Assembly (NCBI GenBank): GCA_964016885.1
Contig: OZ024743.1
Span: forward strand, 52,018,001-52,082,000
Source of the DNA: Eledone cirrhosa
Taxonomy: Eukaryota
DNA: 64,000 nucleotides
Reading direction: 5' to 3'
Numbering within the stretch: the stretch's first letter is position 1; each line of letters starts with the position of its first letter. The position numbers and the translations under genes are program-made. The notes under the pieces were generated by a model. That model worked only from the letters and a program-made list of their open reading frames with translations. It was not told the DNA's origin and made no database searches. This document shows, one piece after another, positions 1 through 12,820 of this stretch.

Positions 1-49
1 ATTTTCAGTACTTCAAAAGCTGACAATTGGGCTTATATTACAATTCTAT

Positions 50-750
50 GAGCAGGTATGGCATGGCCAACTGGCCAGACACTCCTCATATCAGAACCAC
101 CCAGTCCCACATGGTAAATATGGTTGGTGTTTAGGAAGGACATCGAGCAGCTGAAATGGGGTCCAGTATGAGCTAAGTATGGCACAGCCAACTGGCAAGA
201 CTATCCCTGTAAGTGGGACCACCCACCCCCACACTGTAAATGTGGTTGGTGTTAAGAAGGGCATCCAGCGGCTGAAAAAATCCAGACAAAACGCGGCCCC
301 ATATGAACAAGTTCCGGGAAGACCAACTTGCAAGACCCTCCCCATAACGGCAACACACAGTTCCTCGCTATAAATGTGGTTGTTGTTAGGAAGGACACCT
401 AGCAACCATAAAACCCTAACAAAGATACTGTCCCATATGAGCAAGGTACGGTGCGGTTAACTGGTTAGGCTTGTTTTATAAAGGTGACCGCCTAATCTCA
501 CGCTGTAAATGTGATTGGTGTTAGGAAAGGCATCCAGCAGATGTAAAAATCCTCAGCCAAAACACAAGCCCTACTATGAGTAATGTTCGACGCAGTTAAC
601 TGGCCAGACCTACCTCATTAAGGGTTTACCCAGCTCCCAAATATGGAGCTGCTAGGGTATGGCACAGCCAACTGGCCAGATCCCTCTCATAATGGGACCA
701 CCTAGTTCCACACTGTCAACGTGATTGGTGTTAGAAAGGGCATCCAACTA
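50..750 (+). repeat. Degenerate tandem array (~6 units, mostly 125-140 bp) built on the RTE/SINE 3'-tail motif
   Basis: Recurrent gtatggcacagccaactggccagac and aaatgtggttggtgttaggaagggcatccagc; the second motif occurs in RTE tails elsewhere in the window. Confidence 0.7.
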
Positions 751-1150
751 AAAAAACTGCTGCTTTTGTTTTTTTATCGTTCTCTTCGTTATTGTCTGTT
801 GTATTTCTTCCCGGATAGCTATCTATTTTAGCTTTTAACGCACTACAGTGAGATGTACTGTCTTTAATACGTTCAAAACATCAGTGATTCACAGAAGACA
901 TCCAATGAGTGGGAATTGTCCTTGTGTTTATGTTACTCTCACATTTTATAAATAATATTTATTGGTAACCACACAGCGGCATTCTCACTTAGTATCGAGT
1001 ACTCTGGTGTGTTATGGTCCACCTGGTTTCTTACCACATTTTCTTTGTTATATATATATATATATATATGTAGGAGGTGAGTTTTATTGTAGCACAATAA
1101 AGCAATGCAAATATCGGATAAGTAGCACTCAACAGTTTATTGGACTGGAG

Positions 1151-1460
1151 TATATATAAGAAGAAATTAAAAGATGGTTAAAAAAGTTCCATGTATTTTA
1201 TTATACGCATTTCAAAAACAAATATCATCCTGGGACGATATTTGCGTTCTCATCAGATAGTGAGCAAGGTAGTGTCTAAACAACATATGTTGTTTAGACA
1301 CTACCTTGCTCACAAGTGTTTTTTTTTAAGCTTCATATCATGTCTCCCTATTTTATCTGATGAGAACGCAAATATCGTCCCAGGATGATATTTGTTTTTG
1401 AAATGCGCATAATAAAATACATGTACTTTTTTTAACCATCTTTTAATTTCTTCTTATATA
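1151..1460. repeat. ~310-bp imperfect palindrome between (TA)n tracts, with a perfect 54-bp inner palindrome (1260-1313); probable Penelope-like remnant
   Basis: 1151-1259 is the near-exact reverse complement of ~1354-1460. Confidence 0.85.
1349..1419 (+). ncRNA. Type-I hammerhead ribozyme motif
   Basis: Stem I tattttat/ataaaata; CUGAUGA at 1357; ~16-bp stem II; GAAA at 1400; palindromic stem III augcgcau; AUA cleavage triplet at 1409-1411. Confidence 0.7.
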
Positions 1461-2064
1461 TATATATATATATATATGTGAGAAAAACCACAGCCTCCAT
1501 CTCGATTCTACTTTTGAAAAGCAGAAGAACTGCGAAACCGGTAAAGGAACCAAATAAATATATTTAAAAAAAAAAAGACTCCAGTTGCATTTTCGATTTC
1601 ATCTTTTTTCCTTATACTTTCACTCGTGTAGGTCACCTCGTTTTTTTTTCATTTTGTATGTGGAATGATAAGATTTATTTTCTTTTGGTCGTTTTGGTAA
1701 TAGGAAAAGAGTCAGGATCCCGACGGCTGAGCTCTGGCCGTTTTGACAGCTAGATCCGAACTAAGCCAGCAGTATTAGGATGACAGGGACCTAGCTGAAC
1801 TTATCAAGGGGTTACAGTCCATATATGGGCATGCAGTCAAAGCAGAAATATCAAATCAAACAATCTTAAAAATTTTTTGTTTTTCTTGTCTGTCACGGGG
1901 AGTGGTCAATGATTTGGGGATGAACATGGTTAAATTCCTTCATAATGGCGTGGGGGGGTGGGGTGGGGGGAGCTGAACTGTAGAACAAAGAGGAGGGAGT
2001 AAGATGACTGACCTGTGGATGCCAAGCCAGTTAGGCATTAAGAGAGAAATCTTTACAACTATCT

Positions 2065-2274
2065 TTAACCCTTTAGCACTCACATTATATATGCTTATGT
2101 ATTTTTGTAGTAAACACTTTATCTTACATAATATCGAATCTATGAGATTTTGATATTATTTATTTTGAGAACACTACATTAACATCAGTATAAGCAGCCA
2201 GTTTCAACTGGTTTGAACAGAAATAGGTGAGATATTTCTGGCCGGATACGGTCGGTTTGTATGCTAAAGGATTA
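2065..2274. mobile_element. TTAA-flanked (piggyBac-type ends) MITE
   Basis: ttaaccctttagca...tgctaaaggattaa; related copies at ~18390-18566, ~39388-39600 and ~51045-51270. Confidence 0.65.
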
Positions 2275-2341
2275 ATAGGGGTAAGAAAGTAATTTCAGCA
2301 TGTGAGAATCAAGGAAGATTGTTAGTGAAAGTATGCCAGGT

Positions 2342-2858
2342 CTAACACTTATCTAAAGAGCAAAGCATATAGATATTAATACTAATTAAATTCTTAATAA
2401 AGAAATTTAGTCTTTAGTCTTTAATCTTCCTTAGGTTAACCCGGAATATTTTCACTCTTGTTAAATATACGTAGAACCGGCCGAACGCATAGCCATGTTT
2501 TTTTGGATGTATCATTATAATAATTGTTTCTACTATTGGCACAAGGCCAGCAATTACCCAGTACATTACTGGTACTTTATTTTATTGACCCCGTAAGGAT
2601 GAAAGGCAAAGTTAACTTCGGCTGGATTTGAACTCAGAATGGCAAGGGTCGTAACTCTATGCATCAAAGCATGGTGTCCGACCCTCTACCGGTACTGCCA
2701 ATTCACCGCCCTATCATAATAATAATAAAAGAAAATACTAATAATTACTGTATTGAGGTGCCCTTCCCATGCATTAGAGTAACTGATAACTAATTTTCTT
2801 TATTAGGAATTTAATTAGTATTAATATCTATATGCTTTGCTCTTTAGCTAAGTGTTAG
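2342..2858. repeat. ~70-bp inverted repeat pair (2342-2412 / 2788-2858) enclosing a SINE
   Basis: ctaacacttatctaaagagcaaagcatatagatattaatactaattaaattc versus its reverse complement ending at 2858. Confidence 0.8.
2520..2711 (-). mobile_element. tRNA-derived SINE with (TTA)n tail
   Basis: Head ggcggtgaattggcag, B-box gttcaaatcc, core tcatccttacggggtcaataaaataaagtaccag. Further copies at ~5478-5655, 8095-8290, 8965-9056, 20400-20580, 20650-20830, 52590-52720 and 63470-63612(+). Confidence 0.75.
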
Positions 2859-3019
2859 CCCCCCTTGCCTAACACATAGATGTTAAATGATGATGATGAT
2901 ATATATGCACATATATATAAATATAGTTTCCATTTGTTAATATCGTACATATATATATATATGTAAAAGGTAAAGAAAGAATGAGATTGAAGGGTCGGGA
3001 GGGGTGAAATCGGACTATA

Positions 3020-3185
3020 TATGATATACACACACATATATATACACACACATATATATGCACACACACATATATATATGCACACACACATATATATACA
3101 CACACATATATACACACACACACATATATATATATACACACATATATATATATATATATATATATGCATACACACATATATATAT
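3020..3185. repeat. Compound (CA)n/(TA)n microsatellite; similar tracts recur (e.g. 6760-6800, 6920-6990, 10450-10590, 10880-11000, 41975-42030)
   Basis: Directly visible. Confidence 0.95.
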
Positions 3186-3189
3186 TTAT

Positions 3190-5470
3190 CAACTGCACAT
3201 ATTCTGCAGTTACTGCGTTCTGCTTCATTATGTACTTCTGGTGTGGTGGCTTTGATCTTGTGCTGCAAATAGAAATCCTTCCATCTCTCCTTTAGTCTTC
3301 TGCCTTGTTGCCAGTTTTGTGAGTTTTGCTTGTCTACTTCCTCTTTCATGTATTGGCCTTGCCATCGTTTTAGCATAATATTCTAGAGGTCTATTTTCAA
3401 TTTAGATTTTGTTTTTCACAATATCTATTGTTGTTTCTTCTGTTTTCATTTTCCTCTCAGTTGTCTATCAATCCAGCTTCTCTTTTGGATTTGTTAGCTT
3501 CCATGAAGACCAAACAATTTTTTGTTTTGTTCATCTTTTGAGGCTATCTCTATTAACTTTCCTTTGCTCTTTATTAGATATTTTTTAACTTCCCTACAGT
3601 ATTTTATAATAGTTTTCTAGTTGCATAAGGCCTCTTCCTTCTTGTGTTTGTGGTAGGTATAATCTTTCTACATCTGATTTGGGATGGTATATTCAAAATG
3701 CAGTCATTATTTTTCTTTGTTTTTTTTTTAATCTATTCCTGTCCTTTTAGTGTCCAGTACAGAATATTGAAACTAGAATCACTAGAGTCATCATCATCAC
3801 CGTTTTACGTCCGTTGGGTTAGACGGGTTGTCCTGTTGTGGGCAGTGTCTGGTCGGCTGACCATGCCTTGCTCATACAGGAACTGATCTGGCTTGATTTC
3901 TACAGCTGGATGCCCTTCCTAACACCAACCTCATTTACAGTGAGTGCTGGGTGCTTTTTCGTGGCGCCTACACGTCCACTTTACAGTGTGGGCTGGGTGC
4001 TTTTTTGCCGTGGCACCTCCACGACCACCTTGCGGTGGGTGGGTGGGCATATTGTTTATATGCTTCAGCATGTACCCATGGGAGGTCGGGTACCCTGTAT
4101 TACTGCGTGACGCCAGAAGTCACGGTCGTGTGTCACTGACTTTGAGAGGTGTAGTTGGGTAAGGTCGGCTTTTATCACCTCATCCCAAGTCATCTTGGGT
4201 CTCCCCACTCCGCGGTTTCCATCAACTTCTAGTGCTCTGCACTTTTTTATGCAGCTGTCATCCTTCATACGCATCACATGTCCATACCAGCGTAACCGCC
4301 TCTCCTGCACGCAGCATTTGATTCCTCTTATGCTCAGTCTCTCTCTCAATTCCTTTATGCTTTGTCGTTCACGTATATTACTGTTACACATCCATCGGAG
4401 CATGCAGGCTTCGTTTCTCTCTAATCTACGTAAGTTTTCCACCTTCAGCGCCCAGGTCTCACTACCATGCAACATCGCTGTTCGGATACACGCATCATAC
4501 AGTCTGCCTTTCATTCTGAGGGAGAAGCCTTTTGCAGCTAGCAGTGGTAGTAGTTCCCTAAACTTCTTCCATCCCGTTCTTACCCTAGTTATTGTACTTT
4601 CTGAGCACCCACCTCCGTTGCTAATTCGGTCACCTAGGTAGCAGAAGCTGTCTACTGTTTCTACAGGGCCCTCCCAGAGATTGGTGGTACTTGTTTCCTG
4701 TGGCTGTTTGCTTGCTGTTTCAGCACAGCTGCTGCATGTGAATCCTACATTCTTAATTAAGCTTCCTGAGATCCCGCTACATCTCTTGTGTACCCATTGT
4801 TTGCATTTGGGGCAGAGAATGGAGTTCCTACCTACACCTTTCCTACATACTGAGCAAGGCCATTTCCCTGAGGGGATCTGGGTTCTGTTTTCTCGTCTAC
4901 TTATAAGGACCTTAGTCTTTGTCATGTTGACTTTGAGGCCCTTTCTCTCTAGTCCCTGCTTCCAGGTTTGGAATTTATTCTCTAGTTCTACCATAGATTC
5001 AGCTATGAGTGCGAGGTCATCAGCATACAGGAGTTCCCATGGGCATCCGGTCTTAAACTCCTCCGTTATTGCCTGCAGGACTATGATGAACAGGAGAGGG
5101 CTAAGAACAGAGCCCTGGTGGACCCCAACCTGTACGCTAAATTCCTCGCTATACTCATTGCCAATCCTAACTTTGCTGACTGCTCCCCTATACATGGCTT
5201 GTACCGCTTTCACAAGCCATTCATCTACTCCTAGTTTTCTAAGAGCCCACCAGATTACTGCACGTGGAACTCTGTCAAAGGCTTTCTCAAGGTCGACAAA
5301 TGCCAAGTAGAGTGGCTTACTTTTAGCTAGGTACTTTTCCTGTATTTGCCTCACAAGGAAGAGGGAGTATTGATGTCAATTACCTTATTACATTTAGTTC
5401 TGTTTTAAGGAGTAATCTAATCCATCTATAGTAATCCTTTCTAATCTTTTCTTTCATCTGTGTGTTTTAT
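3190..5470 (-). mobile_element. Old degenerate R4/Dong-like non-LTR retrotransposon fragment (~3190-3787 and ~5368-5470), split by a younger RTE
   Basis: Broken frames read KEKIRKDYYRWIRLLLKTELN..INTL, YHPKSDVERLYLPQTQEGRGL, EGFLFAAQDQ and CRIC; the 5' end abuts (TAA)n. Confidence 0.6.
3788..5367 (-). mobile_element. 5'-truncated RTE-clade LINE with an uninterrupted RT ORF (4065-5354), 3' UTR and (TGA)n tail
   Basis: [50 protein letters not shown]; tcatcatcatca at 3788. Confidence 0.93.
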
Positions 5471-6755
5471 AATAATAATAATTGTTTCTACTTTAGGCAT
5501 AAGGCCAGCAATTACCCAGTACATTACTGGTACTTTATTTTATCGACCCCGTAAGGATGAAAAGCAAAGTTAACCTTGGCGGGATTTGAACTCAGACCGT
5601 AAAGAGACGTAACTATGCTAGAAAGCATGGCGTCCAACCCTCTACCGATACTGCTAATAATAATAATAATAATAAATAAATCAGTGTTGGTGAAACCAAA
5701 ATAAAACTTTGTTGGTTTGAATATACATAAAACAGTATTGTGTGTAACTTGTCTGTTTTCATGGCTTCAGCCAAACCTGGAAAGAAAGGATACACCCCCT
5801 CGCCCTCTCTGTTGCTTCTATCATTGCGATGAGTCTGTGTGTTCCACTGTTATCTGTCTGTGTGTCTCGCTCAAATACAAATTATTTTCTTATTAGATTT
5901 ATTTTTGTTTATTTATTCATTCACTTCTTTCATCGATTGATTAATTCATTCATTATTTCTATCTCAATGAATATTGAATGAGTATAAAGGATCAACAATG
6001 ATGGTAGTGGATATAGATAGTGTAGTACAGTAGTTCGCCAACCTTATCAATACCAAGGATCTCTTTTATTAACTCTTTTCTTAACATATTTTTAATGAAA
6101 TAAACTGCCTCTGATTTTCAAATCATTTTGAAAATAATTGAGAATTTGGAGGATTTAGTAATATATCTTATTATAAAGCTGGTATAGCCAAAGGTTCTTA
6201 CATAAAATTATGGCATGTATTTTAATTTTTTAAATAAAAATACACTTTTGTATCATAGAACTATTGGGGGTTGGGTATCAAAAGGGTTAAATGAATTTTC
6301 CCATGGACTCCCGGCAAGAATAACAATTGAAATATTTATGCTTAGAAAAGAATGCATACCCAATTGTGTGTTTTTAGCAAAGTACATGGAATTTTGAAGT
6401 TTGCTTATGGACCTTTTCTCCACCTCCGTACAGTCTTTTTAGATCCCTAGGTTGAAAACCACTGTTCTAGGGTTTGGAGTATTTATCATCAACCTTATAA
6501 AACAAAATATACCTCTAAAGCCCAAAAGCTCTTAAGGGTAGGAAGCAGATGAATGATATCTCTTCCCCCTAGATAGTATGCCAATATTTATATCGGTCCA
6601 GTCAAGTCGCCTTGATTCTCTCTCTGTATTTGGTGTCACAAAAAGTACCCTGTCCAACTTGTCAGTTCTGTATGAGTAAGACACAGTCACCTGATCTGAC
6701 TTGTCTCATGTCAGCACAACTCATCTAACCCATGCTAGTGTGTAAACTGGACATT

Positions 6756-6800
<45 letters not shown>

Positions 6801-6803
<3 letters not shown>

Positions 6804-6915
6804 TTGAAATAAAATGAAAACGAAATTTCATTTCTCACTCTTAGTATGGCACTTACTTAAATGTAAGTATGTATGGATACGTACATACATATATGTATAC
6901 AGACGTACAGTAGCA

Positions 6916-6971
<56 letters not shown>

Positions 6972-7390
6972 CATATACATACAGGTACACATACATATAT
7001 GCACGCATCAGTTTAGCGGACGCTTATTATAACGCCACTTTGTTCGTTTGTAAACAAACTGAACAGCCTGAATTTATGCCATACGGTGTTAAGGCAACCA
7101 CATCACCTTTTTGTTCAACACTGACACAAGAACGATGTACTAGTTTCAAGCTTGTTAGCTATCATCAGCACCGTATACCCATCTGCCAGATAGTTGAACG
7201 TTCGAAAGTATATACTTTCCTTATGAAAATTAACGGCTGAGCAGCCTAATTTGCATATTGAGTGAGTTAAATCGGTCAGGACCGAAAACGATAGGTTGAA
7301 ATAAAATGAAAACGAAATTTCATTTCTCACTCTTAGTATGGCACTTACTTAAATGTAAGTATGTATGTATACAGACGTACAGTAGCATGC

Positions 7391-7435
<45 letters not shown>

Positions 7436-7570
7436 CATACAGGTACACATACATATATGCACGCATCAGTTTAGCGGACGCTTATTATAACGCCGCTTTG
7501 TTCGTTTGTAAACAAACTGAACAGCCTGAATTTATGTCATACGGTGTTAAGGCAACCACGTCACCTTTTT
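6801..7570. repeat. Tandem duplication (unit ~492 bp, ~1.5 copies) containing and flanked by (TA)n
   Basis: aggttgaaataaaatgaaaacgaaatttc...aaggcaacca at 6801 and again at 7293. Confidence 0.85.
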
Positions 7571-8324
7571 TTTTTAATATATATATATATATATATTTAG
7601 TGGGTGTTTTCTTTTGAGTACAAAGTGAACACAGAAAACTTCTATTTATATGATTATCATCGTTTAACATCCATTTCTCACAATTGTATGGGCTAGATGG
7701 GTTATCACGTTATATAGATATAACTTAGGTTTCAGCCAGTGTTGACTCAGGTCATGTTTAACAAACTTTCAATTATTTAATAATATATATATTGTAGCTT
7801 ATATCAAATCATAGCTGTTTTGAGTTGTAATTAAACAAAAACTACAATGATTTCTGTAGAAATGTAATTACTATTATGAAATATCAGTTGTTTGACTCTA
7901 CATTGTTCATTACTAGTAATCATGAAGTCTATTGGTCGTTAACTACTTAATTATGGTAATTAATGGCCAGCCCCCTCAAGTCATTGTGTATTTAGCAACC
8001 ATTAACAAACATGTTAGATATGTCAGCTTTTGTTTGTCTACTTACGTTACAGAGATGACAGAGAAGGCTATATTGTTCTTAGGTTTTTGAACAAATAATG
8101 GTTCCTAAATCGAGTACAAGGCCAACAATTTTATATCGACTCCAATGCATGACTGGTATTTAATTTTATCAACTTCGGAAGGATGAAAGGCAAAGTTGAC
8201 ATCAGTAGGATTTGAATTCAGAAAGTAAAGACCCAGTACAAATACAGTCGAACATTTGTCCTATGCTCTAATGACTCTGCTAATCTACCATCCTTTTTTT
8301 GAACAAATAATAGAAATAGATATA

Positions 8325-8590
8325 AGGATGAGGCTGTGTGGTTAAGAAGTTTGCTTCCCTAACCATGTGGTTCTATGTTCGATCACACTGCATTACACTC
8401 TGGTCAATGAGTGGAAATTGGTAGATGGAAACTGTAGATGTTTGGTGTTAAGAAAGACATCCTGCTATAGAAACCTTGCCAAAAATGGAGTGTATAAGCA
8501 AGATGAGGTTCTCCAATCTATCTAGTTTCAAACCATGATGGCCTGTCCAACCCATGCAAGCATGGGATATGGTTGTAAAGTGATGTTGAT
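8325..8590 (+). mobile_element. Second tRNA-derived SINE family with an RTE-like tail
   Basis: Head ggctgtgtggttaagaagtttgcttcc, then gagtggaaattggtagatggaaactg; copies at ~22320-22450, 35366-35520 and 42050-42150 (-). Confidence 0.65.
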
Positions 8591-10589
8591 GATTGTGTGT
8601 GTCTTCACAATACATACTACTAATATAAACACTTTAAAAAATACAATGTTGTACTTTATAGAAAATGTAGGCATCCCAAACACAGGAAAGACTGTAATAA
8701 CTGTCAATTGCTATAAATAATAGCCTAGAAAATTGTGTAAAGTACTTTTATAGATGGAGAAATGTGGCCAGCAACTGCTATGAAGAATTGAACTGTGTAT
8801 CCCTGGAGCTTAATTCTTTGTAGTAGCTGCTGGCCATATTTTTCTGTCCATAGGTGTATTTTACCCAAATTTTCTAAGCTATTATTTATAGAATTGACTG
8901 TTACAGTCTTTCTTACATTTTCTAAAAAGAATCTCATATTTCCTGGCACTTCAATAGTTTATATATAATTGTTTCTACTTTTGGCACAAGGCCAGCAAAT
9001 ACCCAGTGCATTACTGGTACTTTATTTTATTGACCCCGTAAGGATGAAAGGCAAAGTATATGTCTGCAGTTTTGTATTGTAATACCATGAGTGGTCCCAA
9101 ACAGTTTTGTATCAAAGGGTTAAGCTATGAATATTGAATGATAGCCGTCGGCTGTTTTTAAGTAAATAGAAACCCTTCAAAACATTTTTTGATGGTAGAA
9201 ATGGGGATGGATTCAGGTGGGTTGATATCAAAACAGTTAAATAATAACAAAATATTAAACCAAATGAAACCAAAATATTAAGCTACTGCTATAACTTATA
9301 TGTTAGTATATACTTGTATATATGAGTGAATATATATAGTAATATATGTGCTGATGATAAATGTAGGTGTGATGGTTGTTTTAATAATTTGACCTTAATA
9401 CTTCAGTGGTTATTGTTACTAAGAATTCATGTGGACATTGTCTTGAGGACATATAGAAATTGTTGTTTATTTTTAGATTGCTGCTTGTCATAGAGCAAGA
9501 GTTCCAAACCTGGGGTAAATTTTGCCTACTCGGAGGTTAAATTTGCTAAGTGGAGATTTGTACATATTTGTTTCAGTTATATTTGAAGTGCAAAGAAAAT
9601 ATTGTTTTCTGCCGAAGTATACCCCAGGCGACATTTAACCAATCTTTGCATAATTTTTTAAGAAGCAGAGTGTGATGTTAGGGACATTTAACTAGTATTT
9701 CAGGCAGGATTAAATGACCACATAGATGCTCTCATGTTGCTGATGTGTGTGGTGAATCACACAACACTTGTAATATCTACTTATAACCGGGCAGTGGTTG
9801 ACTATTGAGGTTGAAGTGTCTTAATAACTAATATGATAATGATGGATCTTCTGTCACTTTCCATGATGACCATTCAGTTGTTTGTTCAACTTACCATCTG
9901 ACACATGTACCCTTAACACTTTCATTACCATATTTCTGATGAGACATACTGCTTGTTTTCAAATTAATTTTGAAAATATAAAAAATTGGAGGGAATTACT
10001 AAATATTGTAAGAAAGTTTAACAAAATATCCTGAGATTAAATTATGATGAACTGTTTTAATTTAGATATAAACATTTACCCTTTCATTACCATATTTCTA
10101 ATGAAATGCATTGTATTTAAATTAAACAACGAGGAATCAGTGATGCATCAAATCACAATTTATTAACATATTACATATGTTTCCCTGTTGATCAGCTCGA
10201 GGCAGGATCTGTTACAGATTGAACCAGACTCTGCATTGGCAGGGTCTTCAGATATGTCTTGTGTGTTCAAACATCTCAGCTGTTCTTTATCCACAGTACA
10301 TATTAGCATCCTGTTATTTTCATTGGTTCATTAATCCCATCATCATCATCTTTCTGACCACTTTCTTTCATCCATTGGCTGGTCATGCGACACCTGTCAG
10401 CACCCAGTTGGTCACTAGTTGCTACTACCTTACCACCGATTTCCCCCACACACACATATATATATATATATATACATGCTCACACACACACACATATATG
10501 TATATATATATTTATGTACACACATACCTACACATACATAAAGAGATATACATACTCATATCTACACACACACACACACACACACATAT

Positions 10590-10870
10590 ATCATTTCATT
10601 TTTCATTTCATTTTACGTCCACTTTTTCCCTGCTTGCAAGGGTGGGACGGGAACTGCTTCTGGCTTGATTTCTACAGCTGGATGCCCTTCCTAACACCAA
10701 CCTCATTTACAGTGAGTGCTGGGTGCTTTTTTGCCATGGCACCTCCACGACCACTTTGCAGTGGAATGATAGGGAACTCAGTCCTATCATCTCATTTCTA
10801 CAGCTGAGTAAACTGGAGCAATGTGAAATAAAGTGTCTTGCTCAAGGAAACAACACATCACCCGGTCTGA
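10590..10870 (-). mobile_element. 5'-truncated composite SINE with an RTE-derived tail
   Basis: Closely similar to 22686-22975. Confidence 0.7.
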
Positions 10871-10950
10871 GATAAATACACACACACATGCATACATACA
10901 CACACATACACATACTTTTGCATACACACACACACACATATATAGAGACG

Positions 10951-11004
<54 letters not shown>

Positions 11005-11179
11005 AAAACCTATATATACGCATACATAAGCTCATGTCTATATATATATAAAGTTGTATTCCTGTCTGTTTGTTCACAAACTCCTCCTATGGTTTTGGAG
11101 ATAAATCCCCATAACCATATATATTCTGAAACTACATTGCCCAGGGTACTTGGCTAAGTATATTTCATTTTAATCAAAG

Positions 11180-12571
11180 GGTTCCCTGGTGGTATTATTG
11201 CCCTTCAGGATATAAGAGAGGAGTTCAAGACCGGCTGCCCATGGGAACTTCTATATGCAGTTGATCTAACGCTCATAGCTGAATTGATGGCTGAACTAGA
11301 GAAGAAATTCCAAACATGGAAGCATGGCCTAGAATCAAAAGGCCTTAAAGTTAACTTGTCTAAGACTAAAGTTCTAGTATGTAGGAAGGAAAATAGGGCA
11401 CAGGTCCCCTCTGGGAAATGGCCATGCTCAGTGTATAGGAAAGGAGTAGGCAGAAATTCCATTTTATGTCCCAAATGCAAAGTATGGGTGCATAAAAGAT
11501 GTAGTGGAATCACAGGGAAGCTAACTAAGAACATAGATTTTATATGTGGCCGGTGCTCAGGTGCAATAAGTAGCAAGTGCCCACAGGATACTAGCCCCTT
11601 CTATTGCCCAGATGGTTCTATAGAAATAGTGGACACTTTCCGTTACCTGGGTGGCAAAATCAGCAGTGGTTGAGGGTGCGCTGAAAGTACAGTAGCCAGA
11701 GTCAGAAAGGGATGGAAAAAATTCAGAGAGCTTATACCACTATTGGCCACTAAAGGTTTCTCTCTAAAAATGAAAGGCAGACTGTATGATGCCTGCATAC
11801 GAACAGCAATGTTACATGACATGAGCATTGTGTGCAGAGGATCTGCGCAGATTGGAGAGGAACGAAGCATGCATGCTCCGTTGGATGTGTAATAGTAATA
11901 TACGTGAACAGCAAAGCATAAATGAACTAAGTGAGAAATTAGGAATAAGAGGGATCAGATGCTGTTTACTCGAGAGAAGACTGCGTTGGTATGGTCAAGT
12001 GATGTGCATGACACGACAGCCATATAAAAAAGTGCAGGGCGATCAAAATAGATGGAAGTTACGTAGTAGGTAGACCCAGAAAAACCTGGGACAATTTGAT
12101 AAATTCCGACCTCACACACTTACACCTCTCCAAGACAATGTCACTGGACCGAGATCTTTGGCACTATGCAGTAATACAGAAGACCCGCCTTGCCTATATA
12201 CAAAGCGAAACCTACAGTCAGTAGGCATCTCTTAACCAAATCTACCCCCACCGCCATCAACACCACCCCTTTCTCTGTTAAGTTATGTCTGTACCAAAAC
12301 ATCCAGTCCTAAATAAATGAGGTCGTGTAGGTGTAACAACAAAAAGACACAGCCAGCCCAATCTGTAATGTGGCCATGTAGGTAACACGGTAAAAACCTC
12401 CCAGCCCACACTGTAAATGTGGTTAGTGTTAGGAAGGGCATCCAGCTGTAGAAAACCTACCAGACAGTCCTATACGAGCGAGATGACCAATCTTACCTCA
12501 AATGGGACAATTCCCGTCTAAACCCATGCTAGCATGGAAGATAGCTGTTAAACGATGATGATGATGATGAT

Positions 12572-12572
<1 letters not shown>
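11180..12572 (+). mobile_element. RTE LINE 3' fragment with stops and frameshifts, (GAT)n tail
   Basis: [50 protein letters not shown]. Confidence 0.9.
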
Positions 12573-12602
<30 letters not shown>

Positions 12603-12637
12603 TCAGAAATAATGTCTTTTGTTTTTATTAGGTGAAG

Positions 12638-12820
12638 ATGAGACTTCAGTGTGATATGGAAGTGATCAACAGATGTCTACCTTCCTATAATTTGAAGAGC
12701 TCAGGTCGGTGTAGTCGAGGGTATTTAAGTATTGGACAAAAACCAGGAAGTACCAATAAACAGAGGACTGTCTTTATCATGCTTTGTACTGCTAAAGATA
12801 AAACTGGTACCAAATTTGTG
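12638..12820 (+). CDS. LRR1: LRR1 coding exon 1
   Basis: ATG at 12638; donor gtgagt at 12821. Confidence 0.88.

Noticed and set aside
1950-1972. G-quadruplex-like G-run (also G/C runs at 19729 and 21865)
   Set aside because: These are simple homopolymer-like tracts with no supporting context.
2855-3376. YI/CV/HT-rich ORFs here and at ~6800-7600, 10200-11150, 46000-46580 and 50270-50550
   Set aside because: They are microsatellite or minisatellite translations.
4195-5310. + strand ORFs of 148 and 209 aa
   Set aside because: They are antisense shadows of the RTE RT ORF.
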